Part shown: piece after piece, positions 17,113 to 25,418 of the stretch
Numbering within the stretch: the first letter of the stretch is position 1
Layout: every line of letters starts with the position of its first letter
From: Thermoanaerobaculia bacterium
GTDB taxonomy: Bacteria > Acidobacteriota > Thermoanaerobaculia > Gp7-AA8
DNA: 64,000 nt
Assembly (NCBI GenBank): GCA_035536275.1
Contig: DATLOL010000056.1
Coordinates: 1,339 to 65,338, forward strand
Direction of reading: 5' to 3'
Translations under genes and position numbers: made by a program
Notes under the pieces: generated by a model
Told to the model about the DNA's origin: nothing
Database searches by the model: none
The model's input: only the letters and a program-made list of their open reading frames with translations

Positions 17113-18311
17113 GGCCGCGCGATCTTATCGAAAAAAGCGATGGCGGCACCGGCGAGATAGAGCGAGCCGGTGATGACGATGTTGCGCTCATCCGCCGCCA
17201 GTGCCGCGCGGAACGCATCGTCCGGATCAGGGATCGCGATCACGCCTTCGAAGGAGTCCGCGCGTACCGATCGCGGGGGATAGGGCTCGGTGGCGATGAT
17301 GCGGTCGAAGAGCGGGAAGAGCTTCTCGACCACGGGCAGTACGGCTTTGTCGCTCATGATCCCGAAGACGAGCAACCGCGGACGGGCGACGTTGGCGTCG
17401 AAGTAAGGCGCCGTCCGGGCGATGGCGTGGGCGTTGTGGCCGCCGTCGATCCACACTGTTTTCCCTGCGTGCTCGATGCGCTCGAGCCGTCCGCGCCACT
17501 TCGTGTTGCGCACGCCTTCTTCGATGGCACGCTCGTCGATGCCGAGCTCGCGTGCGGTTCGCACGGCCAGTGCCGCGTTGCGTTTCTGAAAGTCACCGGC
17601 CAGCGGCGTCTCGTGCTCTTCGGTCACGTGAATCAGGCGATTGCCGAACTTCTCCGCCCGCTGGCGCAAGACGTCCAGCACGATCGGGTCGTCGTTCGAC
17701 GTCAGCGCGACGGCGCCGCGGTGAATGACCCCGGCCTTCTCGCGCGCGATGGCGCGGAGGGTGTTGCCGAGGTACTCCATGTGATCCATGCCGACCGGGG
17801 TGATGACGCTGGCGATCGGCTCGACCACGTTCGTCGCATCGAGCCGCCCCCCCATCCCGACTTCCAGCACGGCGATGTCGCACGTTGCTTTCGCGAACGC
17901 GAGAAATGCGATCAGGGTCAGCGCCTCGAAGTAGGTCGGCGTGATTCCCGGAGCGTTCTGCAGGTCGACGATGCACTCGTCGAGCAGTTGCGGATCGATC
18001 ATCGCGCCGCCGATGGTCCAGCGCTCCCGGAGATCGACGAGATGCGGCGACGTGTAGTGCCCGACGCGCCTCCCCGCCGCCTGAAGAATCGAGGCCAGCA
18101 TCGCGCTGGTCGAGCCTTTCCCGTTCGTGCCGGCGACGATGATCGACGGATAGGCGCGATGGGGGTTACCGAGGGCGCGCAGCAACGCGCGCATGCGGGT
18201 GAGGCCGGGGCGGATGCCGGAGCCCTGGAGGGAGTCGAGCCACTCGAGTCGTGCTGAGTGCTGAGTGCTGAGTGCTGAGTGCGCAGAAGACGGTTGGGCG
18301 GGTCTCAGCAC
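17109..18311 (-). CDS. folC: Folylpolyglutamate synthase / dihydrofolate synthase
   Basis: '[20 protein letters not shown]', '[14 protein letters not shown]', '[16 protein letters not shown]'. ATGA overlap with the glyA start. The 5' end is uncertain: the only in-frame start upstream of the conserved 'LEWLDSL' is a GTG inside the heptamer hairpin. Confidence 0.85.
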   Translation of the reverse strand: MLRPAQPSSAHSALSTQHSARLEWLDSLQGSGIRPGLTRMRALLRALGNPHRAYPSIIVAGTNGKGSTSAMLASILQAAGRRVGHYTSPHLVDLRERWTIGGAMIDPQLLDECIVDLQNAPGITPTYFEALTLIAFLAFAKATCDIAVLEVGMGGRLDATNVVEPIASVITPVGMDHMEYLGNTLRAIAREKAGVIHRGAVALTSNDDPIVLDVLRQRAEKFGNRLIHVTEEHETPLAGDFQKRNAALAVRTARELGIDERAIEEGVRNTKWRGRLERIEHAGKTVWIDGGHNAHAIARTAPYFDANVARPRLLVFGIMSDKAVLPVVEKLFPLFDRIIATEPYPPRSVRADSFEGVIAIPDPDDAFRAALAADERNIVITGSLYLAGAAIAFFDKIARP

Positions 18312-18331
18312 TCAGCACCCGGCACTCAGCA
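18251..18331. repeat. Second heptamer-built hairpin, (GTGCTGA)4-5 ... spacer ... (TCAGCAC)n, between accD and folC
   Basis: GTGCTGAGTGCTGAGTGCTGAGTGCTGAGTGCG, a 20-nt spacer, then CTCAGCACTCAGCACCCGGCACTCAGCAC. It ends at the accD stop codon and contains the putative folC start. Confidence 0.9.
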
Positions 18332-19177
18332 CTACTTGCCCGTGAAAATCCGCAGGAAGCGCCCGATCGCCGTCTTCATCTCCGGCCGCGGCGTGATCAT
18401 GTCCACCATCCCGTGTTCCACCAGGAACTCGCTGCGCTGGAAGCCCTCCGGCAGGGTCTGGCGGATAGTCTGTTCGATGACGCGCGGTCCGGCGAAACCG
18501 ATCAGCGCCTTCGGCTCGGCGATGTTGAGATCACCGAGCATCGCGTACGACGCGGTGACGCCGCCCGTGGTCGGGTCGGTGAGAATGGAGATGTACGGCA
18601 GCCGCGCCGCGCTCAGGCGCGCCAGCGCGGCGGAGATCTTGGCCATCTGCATGAGAGACAGGATGCCTTCCTGCATGCGCGCGCCGCCGGAGCACGAGAC
18701 CACGATCAGCGGCTCCTTCTTCTCGACGCAGCGCTCGATGGCGATAGTGATCTTCTCGCCGACCACGGAGCCCATCGAGCCGCCCATGAAGGCGTACTCC
18801 ATCGCGCAGATGACGACCGGCATCCCCTCGAGCTTCCCCTCGGCGCAGAGGACGGCGTCGCCCTGTCCGACGCGCTGCTGGTAGACCTTCAGGCGGTCGG
18901 CGTAGCGTTTCGTGTCGCGGAATCCGAGGGGATCGCCGGAGCGGATGTCACCGGCGAATTCCTTGTACTTGTTGTCGTCGAAGAGGATCTCGAAGCGCTC
19001 GCGCGCGGTGAGCCGGAAGTGGTAGCCGCACTTGGGACAGGTGTTGAAGTTCGCCTCCACCTCTTTGCGGTAGACGATCTCTTTGCACTCGTCACATTTG
19101 ACCCACAGCCCCTCGGGAATCGCGACCTGACGGTCCACCGCTTCCTTCGGTTTCTTCTCCTTGCGGAACCACGCCAT
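18332..19177 (-). CDS. accD: Acetyl-CoA carboxylase carboxyltransferase beta subunit
   Basis: Start at ATG 19177 (MAWFRKEKKPKE...). Zn ribbon 'CDECKEIVYRKEVEANFNTCPKCGYHFRL'; 'GGSMGSVVGEKI', 'SCSGGARMQEG'. Confidence 0.9.
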   Translation of the reverse strand: MAWFRKEKKPKEAVDRQVAIPEGLWVKCDECKEIVYRKEVEANFNTCPKCGYHFRLTARERFEILFDDNKYKEFAGDIRSGDPLGFRDTKRYADRLKVYQQRVGQGDAVLCAEGKLEGMPVVICAMEYAFMGGSMGSVVGEKITIAIERCVEKKEPLIVVSCSGGARMQEGILSLMQMAKISAALARLSAARLPYISILTDPTTGGVTASYAMLGDLNIAEPKALIGFAGPRVIEQTIRQTLPEGFQRSEFLVEHGMVDMITPRPEMKTAIGRFLRIFTGK

Positions 19178-19228
19178 GGGGCGGGACTCTAGCATAGGCA
19201 GGCGGCACGGCCGCCGGCGCTGGTTGGC

Positions 19229-20479
19229 CTAGCCTTCTTGTGCGTTTGTCGCCAGAGGCGCGCGCTGCGTATTGCTCGCCGAGAGGGCTCCGATCAGCAG
19301 CGCCAGCATCGGCGTGAGGATGACGCGCGGGGACGAGCTTTCGATCCACCAGACCGGATCGGGGTAGTGCACGTAGAAGTAAACCGTGGCCCCGGTGGTG
19401 AGCAGAGCGATCGACACGGGAGCGAGTGCGCGGCGCCAGTTCCCGATCGCGATGAGCACGATCGGAACGAGATACGGCAGCCACCACAGCTCGAACTTCG
19501 CGACCTTCAGCAGTGTCTTGAGCGTGACCGGCAAAGCCGACCAGTAGATGGGCAGCGTCGCGCCGCTGTACATGTAATACAGACCGTTCCTGAACACGAA
19601 CGCCATCCATGCGGCGAACAGCAACGCCGCGGGCGTGATCACGATGAAGGCCTGCTTCGGTCGACGCAGCATGATCAGGATCGTGAGGAAGACCGCGATG
19701 GCGAAGGTCGTTCCTTCGAGCTTCGTGTAGACCGCACCGGCGAGCGACATCGCCAGGAGGAACGTCTGCGTCCTCCGGTCGTCGATGAAGACCAGCGCGG
19801 CGATGGCGATGGTCTCGAAGAGCAACAGCGGTGGCTCCGCGCATCCATGGGGATAGGCGAGGGCGAAGGCGTAGGCGAGGGTGGCGGCGACGAGCATCGT
19901 GCCGATCGCGTCGCGCGACCAGACACGGATCACGAGCAGGGTCGGGATCATGAACAGCGGTCCCGCGAGGACGGCCGCCCACCAGGGAAACTGATGGGAG
20001 AAGAGATTGGAGAACGAGAGGAGCAGGGTCTGCAGCGGCGGATAGTCGACGGTGAGCTGCGGCCAGGTCTTGAGCACGTCCGGATCGAGCCCGCCTGCGC
20101 GGAACCAGCGGATCGCTTTCGGCCCCCAGGTGAACGCGAGATCGCCGCACGAGCTGCGCGCGGTGACGACGCCGTAGAGCGTCATCAGCCAGGCGACCGC
20201 CGTGCCGATGTCGGCGACATGCCACTGGATGCGCTCCACCGTCGCGCGAGGCCGTTTGTAGACGCCGAAGCCGATCACGATCGCGAGCAGCGTGAAGAGC
20301 ACGGCGCGGCTCCACTCGATCCCGATCACGGAAAGCGCGGACATCAGCAGCGCGACGATCAGCGCTCCTGCCGCCGTGGCCACGCTCCAGCGCGCACTCA
20401 CCGGCGTCCACCGCCACACGATCATGCCCACGAGAGGCAGGATCAGATAGGCGAGCAGACCGAGGATTTCCGTCGTCAT
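19229..20479 (-). CDS. Polytopic integral membrane protein (many predicted TM segments), possibly a GT-C-type glycosyltransferase
   Basis: 416 aa, hydrophobic throughout, with periplasmic-loop-like segments. No diagnostic motif recognised. Confidence 0.45.
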   Translation of the reverse strand: MTTEILGLLAYLILPLVGMIVWRWTPVSARWSVATAAGALIVALLMSALSVIGIEWSRAVLFTLLAIVIGFGVYKRPRATVERIQWHVADIGTAVAWLMTLYGVVTARSSCGDLAFTWGPKAIRWFRAGGLDPDVLKTWPQLTVDYPPLQTLLLSFSNLFSHQFPWWAAVLAGPLFMIPTLLVIRVWSRDAIGTMLVAATLAYAFALAYPHGCAEPPLLLFETIAIAALVFIDDRRTQTFLLAMSLAGAVYTKLEGTTFAIAVFLTILIMLRRPKQAFIVITPAALLFAAWMAFVFRNGLYYMYSGATLPIYWSALPVTLKTLLKVAKFELWWLPYLVPIVLIAIGNWRRALAPVSIALLTTGATVYFYVHYPDPVWWIESSSPRVILTPMLALLIGALSASNTQRAPLATNAQEG

Positions 20480-20901
20480 CGGCGTTTGTAGAGGAAGCCT
20501 TCCGGGAAGCTCGCGACCTTCTCGTAGCTTGCGTGCGCCAGTTCCTCGTGGATCGAGATCACGTAGTCGGGCTTGAGCTCATCGATCTTCTGCGGGACGA
20601 GGTGCTGGCGGGGGAGCATCCCCAATCCCGTCAGCCAGTGCGTCTGATCGTAGTTCGGCGCCTCGGCCGGCTTGAGCACGGTGACCTTCGCGCCGCGCGG
20701 CAGGAGCGGCTCGGCGCGGCGGCAGAGCACGATCGCGTCCGCGCTCGGGAATCGCGCGGGCCACACGTGGTCCTGAATCGTGGGCGGGAAGAAGTCGAGG
20801 TACGGTCCGCCGAGCCAGTGGTAGCGGCGGACCAGCGCGACGAGGAAGACGATCGCCGCCGCGCAGATCACTACGCGGCGGCCGATCTCTCTAGATCTCA
20901 C
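20476..20901 (-). CDS. Membrane-anchored hypothetical protein
   Basis: 141 aa, GTG start, N-terminal TM 'VVICAAAIVFLVALV'. ATGA overlap with the downstream membrane protein suggests a functional pair. Confidence 0.4.
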   Translation of the reverse strand: MRSREIGRRVVICAAAIVFLVALVRRYHWLGGPYLDFFPPTIQDHVWPARFPSADAIVLCRRAEPLLPRGAKVTVLKPAEAPNYDQTHWLTGLGMLPRQHLVPQKIDELKPDYVISIHEELAHASYEKVASFPEGFLYKRR

Positions 20902-21949
20902 GGAACATGTATGGACGGAGCACGTCGAGGCGCTCGTCCAGTTTGGTCACATCGATGTAGCGCAGGGTCGCGGCGACCGAGGAGAGCAGCGAGTTGCCAT
21001 CCTGCGGCGTGTAGCAGAAGCCAACGATCTTGCGCGGGTTGGGCACGGCGAGGGTCGACGTCGGCACGACCGTCTGGGACAGGATGCGCCCGTAGTAGCC
21101 GTGGTCGCGGCCGAACGAGAAGATCTGGTTCACGCTGCGCTTGTTGGTCACGGCGACGCGCGGGTTGTTGCGCAGCGCGGCCTTCACTTCCTCGAGCGTC
21201 GTGTCGTGCTTGAGGTCCAGATCGAACCAGAGCGTGTGCATGTACTGCGTGTTGATCTTGATCGCGGAGGAGAAGAGGTTCAGCTTCTCGCCGACGGTCT
21301 GGAAGAGGTGATACGCGTCGCGGGCGTGATGCGTCCCGAAGTCCGGATCGTCGTGCTTGCCCGCCTCGGGCGCGGCGATGAACGACTTCGTGTCCGAGAC
21401 GTCGTTCGCGCGGCGCATGCAGACGAAGCGGCCCGCTTCGAGGCTCAGCTTCTCCTTCTGCGTGGCCAGGGTCTTGAGGAGGACGGAGATGTTGTGCGTG
21501 TTGCACGACACCACCTGCACGAAGCGATCGTCCGGGCTCTGGATCTCGTCGTTGATGCCACGGGCGTACGGCGTACCGAAGCCGAACTCGGACCCCTGGG
21601 CGAGGTAGCCCTTCGGGCCCTTCATGCGCAGGTAGTACTTCTGCTTGTTGTCGTTGCCGGCGGGCGTGCAGTCGACGACGACCGTGGCCCGCTCGATGGC
21701 CTCGTCGGCGGTGTAGGCGACGCGGTGTCCGAGCCGCGCGAACTCGTCGCGGGCTTCCTCGTCGGCGGCGAGGTTCGCGCCGCGGTTGATGAGGAAGTCG
21801 ACCATGGCCCGGTCGTTCGGCGCGGGAGTGCGCTTGTGAAAGGTGACCTCGTCGATGCCCCAGGCCTTCTTGAAGTCCGTGAACAGCCCGATCAGCGGCT
21901 CGCCGATGGTGCCGGTGCCGATGACGTGCACGATGGTTTTATTGGTCAT
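20891..21949 (-). CDS. Type II (archaeal-type) glyceraldehyde-3-phosphate dehydrogenase-like NAD(P)-dependent oxidoreductase
   Basis: 352 aa. Rossmann N-terminus 'VHVIGTGTIGEPL' and a catalytic-Cys block 'VVSCNTHNI' that resembles the archaeal GAPDH 'SCNTT' motif. Confidence 0.5.
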   Translation of the reverse strand: MTNKTIVHVIGTGTIGEPLIGLFTDFKKAWGIDEVTFHKRTPAPNDRAMVDFLINRGANLAADEEARDEFARLGHRVAYTADEAIERATVVVDCTPAGNDNKQKYYLRMKGPKGYLAQGSEFGFGTPYARGINDEIQSPDDRFVQVVSCNTHNISVLLKTLATQKEKLSLEAGRFVCMRRANDVSDTKSFIAAPEAGKHDDPDFGTHHARDAYHLFQTVGEKLNLFSSAIKINTQYMHTLWFDLDLKHDTTLEEVKAALRNNPRVAVTNKRSVNQIFSFGRDHGYYGRILSQTVVPTSTLAVPNPRKIVGFCYTPQDGNSLLSSVAATLRYIDVTKLDERLDVLRPYMFREI

Positions 21950-22043
21950 GCAGGAAGATTTGCTCCTCAGGTGAGAATCGGGCGCGGATCATAGCAGAGG
22001 GAGCAATTTGACAGCGCGGGGCGGGCGTTGCATGTTGTTGGGT

Positions 22044-22280
22044 ATGGGGAAGATTGTCGAGATTGCCGAGGATGAGCTGGCCCAGCGAGCACGCGCGAGC
22101 GGGATGACGATTCCGGAGTTGGTCGCGCACGAACTGGGGATGGTCGTGCCGAAGCGTCCTTTGGACGAGATCCTCGATGAGGTTCTCCGTGAGCCGGTCG
22201 TGTATCTCGGTTCGAGCACGGCCGATATCATTCGCGAGTTGCGGGGGCCGCTGCCCGAAGACGATGCCGATCGTCGTTGA
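22044..22280 (+). CDS. VapB-type antitoxin (ribbon-helix-helix N-terminus), copy 1
   Basis: MGKIVEIAEDELAQRARASGMTIPELVAHEL... is RHH-like. The C-terminal tail 'IRELRGPLPEDD' is shared with copy 2. It overlaps the downstream PIN gene. Confidence 0.5.
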   Translation: MGKIVEIAEDELAQRARASGMTIPELVAHELGMVVPKRPLDEILDEVLREPVVYLGSSTADIIRELRGPLPEDDADRR

Positions 22281-22645
22281 CGCGTCAGCGCTCGTCGACG
22301 TGTACGTTCGCAGCGACGCCGCACGAGCAATCTCCTCCCGCATCGCGGGCGAAGTGCTGCATGCTCCTGTGACGATCGATGCTGAGATCGTGCATTCGCT
22401 TCGACGCCAGACACTCGCCGGGCGTATCGAAGTCGCTCGCGCCGAACGGGCGTTGCGTCGGTGCGATCACCAGGCATCCAATCGAGGTCCTCGTACCGCG
22501 CATGTGGTTCCTCCGCCAGAACATCACGGCTTACGACGCGTCTTACGTCGCCCTCGCCGAATCCCTGAACCTCCCGCTTATCACCCGTGATGCCCGCCTC
22601 GCCCGTTCCACCGGCCACGCGGCCCGCATCGAGTACATCGCGTAG
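22264..22645 (+). pseudogene. vapC: vapC (PIN-domain toxin), copy 1, split by a frameshift near 22450-22465
   Basis: The N-terminal half 'MPIVVDASALVDVY...APVTIDAEIVHSL...ERAL' is in the frame of ORF 22177. The C-terminal half 'AITRHPIEVLVPRMWFLRQNITAYDASYVALAESLNLPLITRDARLARSTGHAARIEYIA' is in the frame of ORF 22379. The intact paralog (22916-23326) is colinear across the junction. Confidence 0.6.
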
Positions 22646-22716
22646 AATCGCGCCCGGGCGCTCATAGCAGAGGGAGCAATTTGACAGCGCGTGGCGGGCG
22701 TTGCATGTTGTTGCGT

Positions 22717-22956
22717 ATGGGGAATGTCGACGAAATGACGGAGCAGCAACGGCAGGTGGCGGAGCTTCTGCGGGATCTCGAAGCGTTGCCACCCGGGCAT
22801 CAGCTCCGGGGCGAGGAGCTCATGTCTTTCATCCGACGACTGCCGAAGCTCGACCTGCCGGAGAACTGGACATCTGCCGACGACATTCGCGAGTTCCGCG
22901 GGCCGCTTCCTGAAGATGATCCGGAGTACCAGCGCAACATCCTCGGTCGTCGTTGA
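22717..22956 (+). CDS. VapB-type antitoxin, copy 2 (divergent N-terminus)
   Basis: MGNVDEMTEQQRQVAELLRDLEAL...ADDIREFRGPLPEDDPEYQ. It has the same promoter-proximal sequence and C-terminal tail as copy 1. Confidence 0.5.
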   Translation: MGNVDEMTEQQRQVAELLRDLEALPPGHQLRGEELMSFIRRLPKLDLPENWTSADDIREFRGPLPEDDPEYQRNILGRR

Positions 22957-23326
22957 CGCGTCGGTGCTCGTCGACGCCTTTCTCGTAGGCGTTCGACCCG
23001 CCGCGTCGCGTGTCATGGACGCACATCTCCACGCGCCGGTCACGATCGACGCCGAGTTCCTGCACGCCATGCGTCGACGCTGGCTCACAAAGATCGTCGA
23101 TGACGAGCATGCTCAGAGCGCGTTGTCGATCTTTCGCCGCACACCGATTACGCGATACCCGATCGAACCGTTAGTCCCGCGCATGTGGTTCCTCCGCCAG
23201 AACATCACCGCCTACGATGCGTCCTACGTCGCCCTCGCCGAGTCTCTCGACCTCCCGCTCATCACCCGCGACGCCCGGCTGGCCCGTTCCACCGGCCACG
23301 CCGCCCGCATCGAGTACATCGCGTAG
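22916..23326 (+). CDS. vapC: VapC PIN-domain toxin, copy 2 (intact)
   Basis: 136 aa. 'VVVDASVLVDAF' (first acidic residue), 'APVTIDAEFLHAM', 'ITAYDASYVALAESLDLPLITRDARL' (PIN C-terminal Asp). Confidence 0.8.
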   Translation: MIRSTSATSSVVVDASVLVDAFLVGVRPAASRVMDAHLHAPVTIDAEFLHAMRRRWLTKIVDDEHAQSALSIFRRTPITRYPIEPLVPRMWFLRQNITAYDASYVALAESLDLPLITRDARLARSTGHAARIEYIA

Positions 23327-23338
23327 AATCGCGCGCCC

Positions 23339-23812
23339 ATGGCGGCGAAGACCGATTCCGGCGAGAAGTTGATCGCCTCCAACAAGAAGGCGCTGCACGA
23401 CTACTTCATCCTCCAGAAGTTCGAGGCCGGGATCGCGCTCACGGGAACCGAGGTGAAGTCGCTGCGCGGGGGGAAGGCCAACCTCAAGGACAGCTACGTC
23501 ACCCTCAAGGACGGCGAGGCCTACCTGTTCGGCGCGCATATCTCCCCGTACTCCCACGGCAACCTTGAGAACCACGAGCCCGAGCGCACGCGCAAGCTCC
23601 TCCTGCACAAGCGCGAGCTCGAGAAGTTGAAGAAGGAGACGACCGAGAAGGGGCTGACCGTCGTCCCGCTGCGCCTCTACTTCAAGGGGGCCAAGGTGAA
23701 GGCCGAGATCGCGGTCGTGCGCGGCAAGAAGCAGTTCGACAAGCGCGACACCGAGAAGAAGCGCGAGGCCGACCGCGAGACCGCCGCGGCCCTCAAAACC
23801 GCGCGCGGCTGA
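23339..23812 (+). CDS. smpB: SsrA-binding protein SmpB
   Basis: 157 aa. 'NKKALHDYFILQKFEAGIALTGTEVKSLR', 'YSHGNLENHEPERTRKLLLHKRE'. Confidence 0.95.
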   Translation: MAAKTDSGEKLIASNKKALHDYFILQKFEAGIALTGTEVKSLRGGKANLKDSYVTLKDGEAYLFGAHISPYSHGNLENHEPERTRKLLLHKRELEKLKKETTEKGLTVVPLRLYFKGAKVKAEIAVVRGKKQFDKRDTEKKREADRETAAALKTARG

Positions 23813-23816
23813 GACA

Positions 23817-23836
23817 GTGTGGCTCCACAGCCACAC
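23817..23836 (+). other. Stem-loop GTGTGGCT-CCAC-AGCCACAC just after the smpB stop (no T-run)
   Basis: Read directly. A similar GTGTGG...CCACAC stem lies after the lpxC stop (about 24873-24890). Confidence 0.35.
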
Positions 23837-23977
23837 CCCTGACCTTGACGGGGGACAGGCGTAGCGCTTCTACCGCAGTGCCGATCCGCAAGTAAACGCT
23901 GCTGAGTGAACACGTTACCGGAAATCGAACAGTCGTCCCGCCCGTGGCACTCCCCTCGCTCCTGTCCCGCCACAGTC

Positions 23978-24862
23978 ATGTTCGTTCAGCGAAAGACCAT
24001 CAACACCTCCGTCAGCATCTCCGGCATCGGGTTGCACTCCGGTCTTTACACGACCGTCGAGCTCCGGCCGGTGCCCGCGGGGAGCGGCGTGACCTTCGTC
24101 CGCGCCGATCTCAACGGGCTCCGCATCCCGGCCCTGCAGGCGTCCACCACCGCCCTCGACTACGCGACCACCGTCGGAAAAGACGACGTCCAGGTCGGCA
24201 CGGTCGAGCATCTCCTGGCCGCGCTCATGGCCTCCAGCATCACCGACGTCGACATCCACATCGACGGCCCGGAAGTCCCGATCATCGACGGCAGCGCCCT
24301 CCCGTTCATGCACCTCATCGACGCCGCCGGCGTCCGCGACCTCGACGCGGAGGTCTCCGTGCTGCGCCTCAAAGCGCCGGTGGAGATCGTCGACGGCGAC
24401 AAGAGCATCCGCATCGTTCCCTCGAAAAACCTGGTCATCAAGTACAAGATCGACTTCAATCATCCGGTCATCGGCCGCGAGTCGTTCCACTTCGACTTCG
24501 GCCACGACAGCTTCCTGCGCAAGATCGCTCCGGCGCGCACGTTCGGCTTCATGCGCGACGTCGAGAGGCTCCGCGCCGCCGGCCTCGCGCGCGGCGGCTC
24601 GGTCGAGAACGCGGTCGTCCTCGACGACCGCGGCGTCGTGAACGGACCGCTCCGTTTCAAGGACGAGTTCGTGCGCCACAAGATCCTCGACCTGGTCGGC
24701 GACCTGGCTCTGATCGGACGCCCGATCGTGGGCGAGATCACCGCCTACCGCGCCGGTCACGCCCTCCACTCGCGCTTCGTCGCCGCGATCCTCGACGCCG
24801 CCGCGCGTCAGGAAGACGAGCTCGAGACCTCAGTGGCGCGGACTTACGAGCAGTTCGCCTAA
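23978..24862 (+). CDS. lpxC: UDP-3-O-acyl-N-acetylglucosamine deacetylase
   Basis: Start at ATG 23978 (MFVQRKTINTSVSISGIGLHSG...). 'GTVEHLLAAL', 'DGPEVPIIDGSALPF', 'ARTFGF', 'HKILDLVGDLAL', 'AGHALH'. Confidence 0.9.
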   Translation: MFVQRKTINTSVSISGIGLHSGLYTTVELRPVPAGSGVTFVRADLNGLRIPALQASTTALDYATTVGKDDVQVGTVEHLLAALMASSITDVDIHIDGPEVPIIDGSALPFMHLIDAAGVRDLDAEVSVLRLKAPVEIVDGDKSIRIVPSKNLVIKYKIDFNHPVIGRESFHFDFGHDSFLRKIAPARTFGFMRDVERLRAAGLARGGSVENAVVLDDRGVVNGPLRFKDEFVRHKILDLVGDLALIGRPIVGEITAYRAGHALHSRFVAAILDAAARQEDELETSVARTYEQFA

Positions 24863-24893
24863 GCACGCGCCTGTGTGGTAAAAAAGCCACACG

Positions 24894-25418
24894 GTGCGCA
24901 TCTTCTTGCTGACATTCATTTTGGCGGCGCCCTTGGCCGGGGCGCCACCCAATCCGACCATCGAGAGCCTCGCCGCCTCCGCCGCTGCCGGCAAGGTCTC
25001 CGTGCGGTTCTCCCTTGCCGGGGCGTTCGACAACGCGGAGATGGTCGAGGCGCTCCGAAGCGGCCTCCCCACCAGCTTCACCTACACGATCGAGATCTTC
25101 CGCGACCGCCCCAACTGGTTCGACGATTCGATCGAAAAGTCCTCGGTCGAAGTCATCTGCACCTACAACTCGCTCACCCGGGAGTACCTGCTCAACTATC
25201 GCCGCGACCGCCGGCTCGTGCGCTCCGAGACCTTCTCCGACCTGGCCGCCCTGGAGCGCCAGATGGCCACGATCGAGGAGCAGGACCTCTTCGACATCGG
25301 CACGCGCAAGCCGTGGAAGCTGAAAGTGCGGGTGAAGGCGGACCTGATGCGCGGTTGGCTGATGTACGTCATCCCGTGGGAGGTTTCCACCCGCTGGCGT
25401 GAGGCACGGGTGCGATGA
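24894..25418 (+). CDS. Secreted DUF4390-like protein (the usual upstream partner of NtrY-type kinases)
   Basis: GTG start, signal peptide 'RIFLLTFILAAPLAGA', about 174 aa. ATGA overlap with the downstream kinase. The family call rests on context and general sequence style only. Confidence 0.45.
   Translation: MRIFLLTFILAAPLAGAPPNPTIESLAASAAAGKVSVRFSLAGAFDNAEMVEALRSGLPTSFTYTIEIFRDRPNWFDDSIEKSSVEVICTYNSLTREYLLNYRRDRRLVRSETFSDLAALERQMATIEEQDLFDIGTRKPWKLKVRVKADLMRGWLMYVIPWEVSTRWREARVR

Noticed and set aside
23813-23977. tmRNA (ssrA) next to smpB
   Set aside because: I found no tRNA-like acceptor/T-arm pair and no tag-reading-frame pattern in the 165-bp gap. It holds only a short stem-loop.
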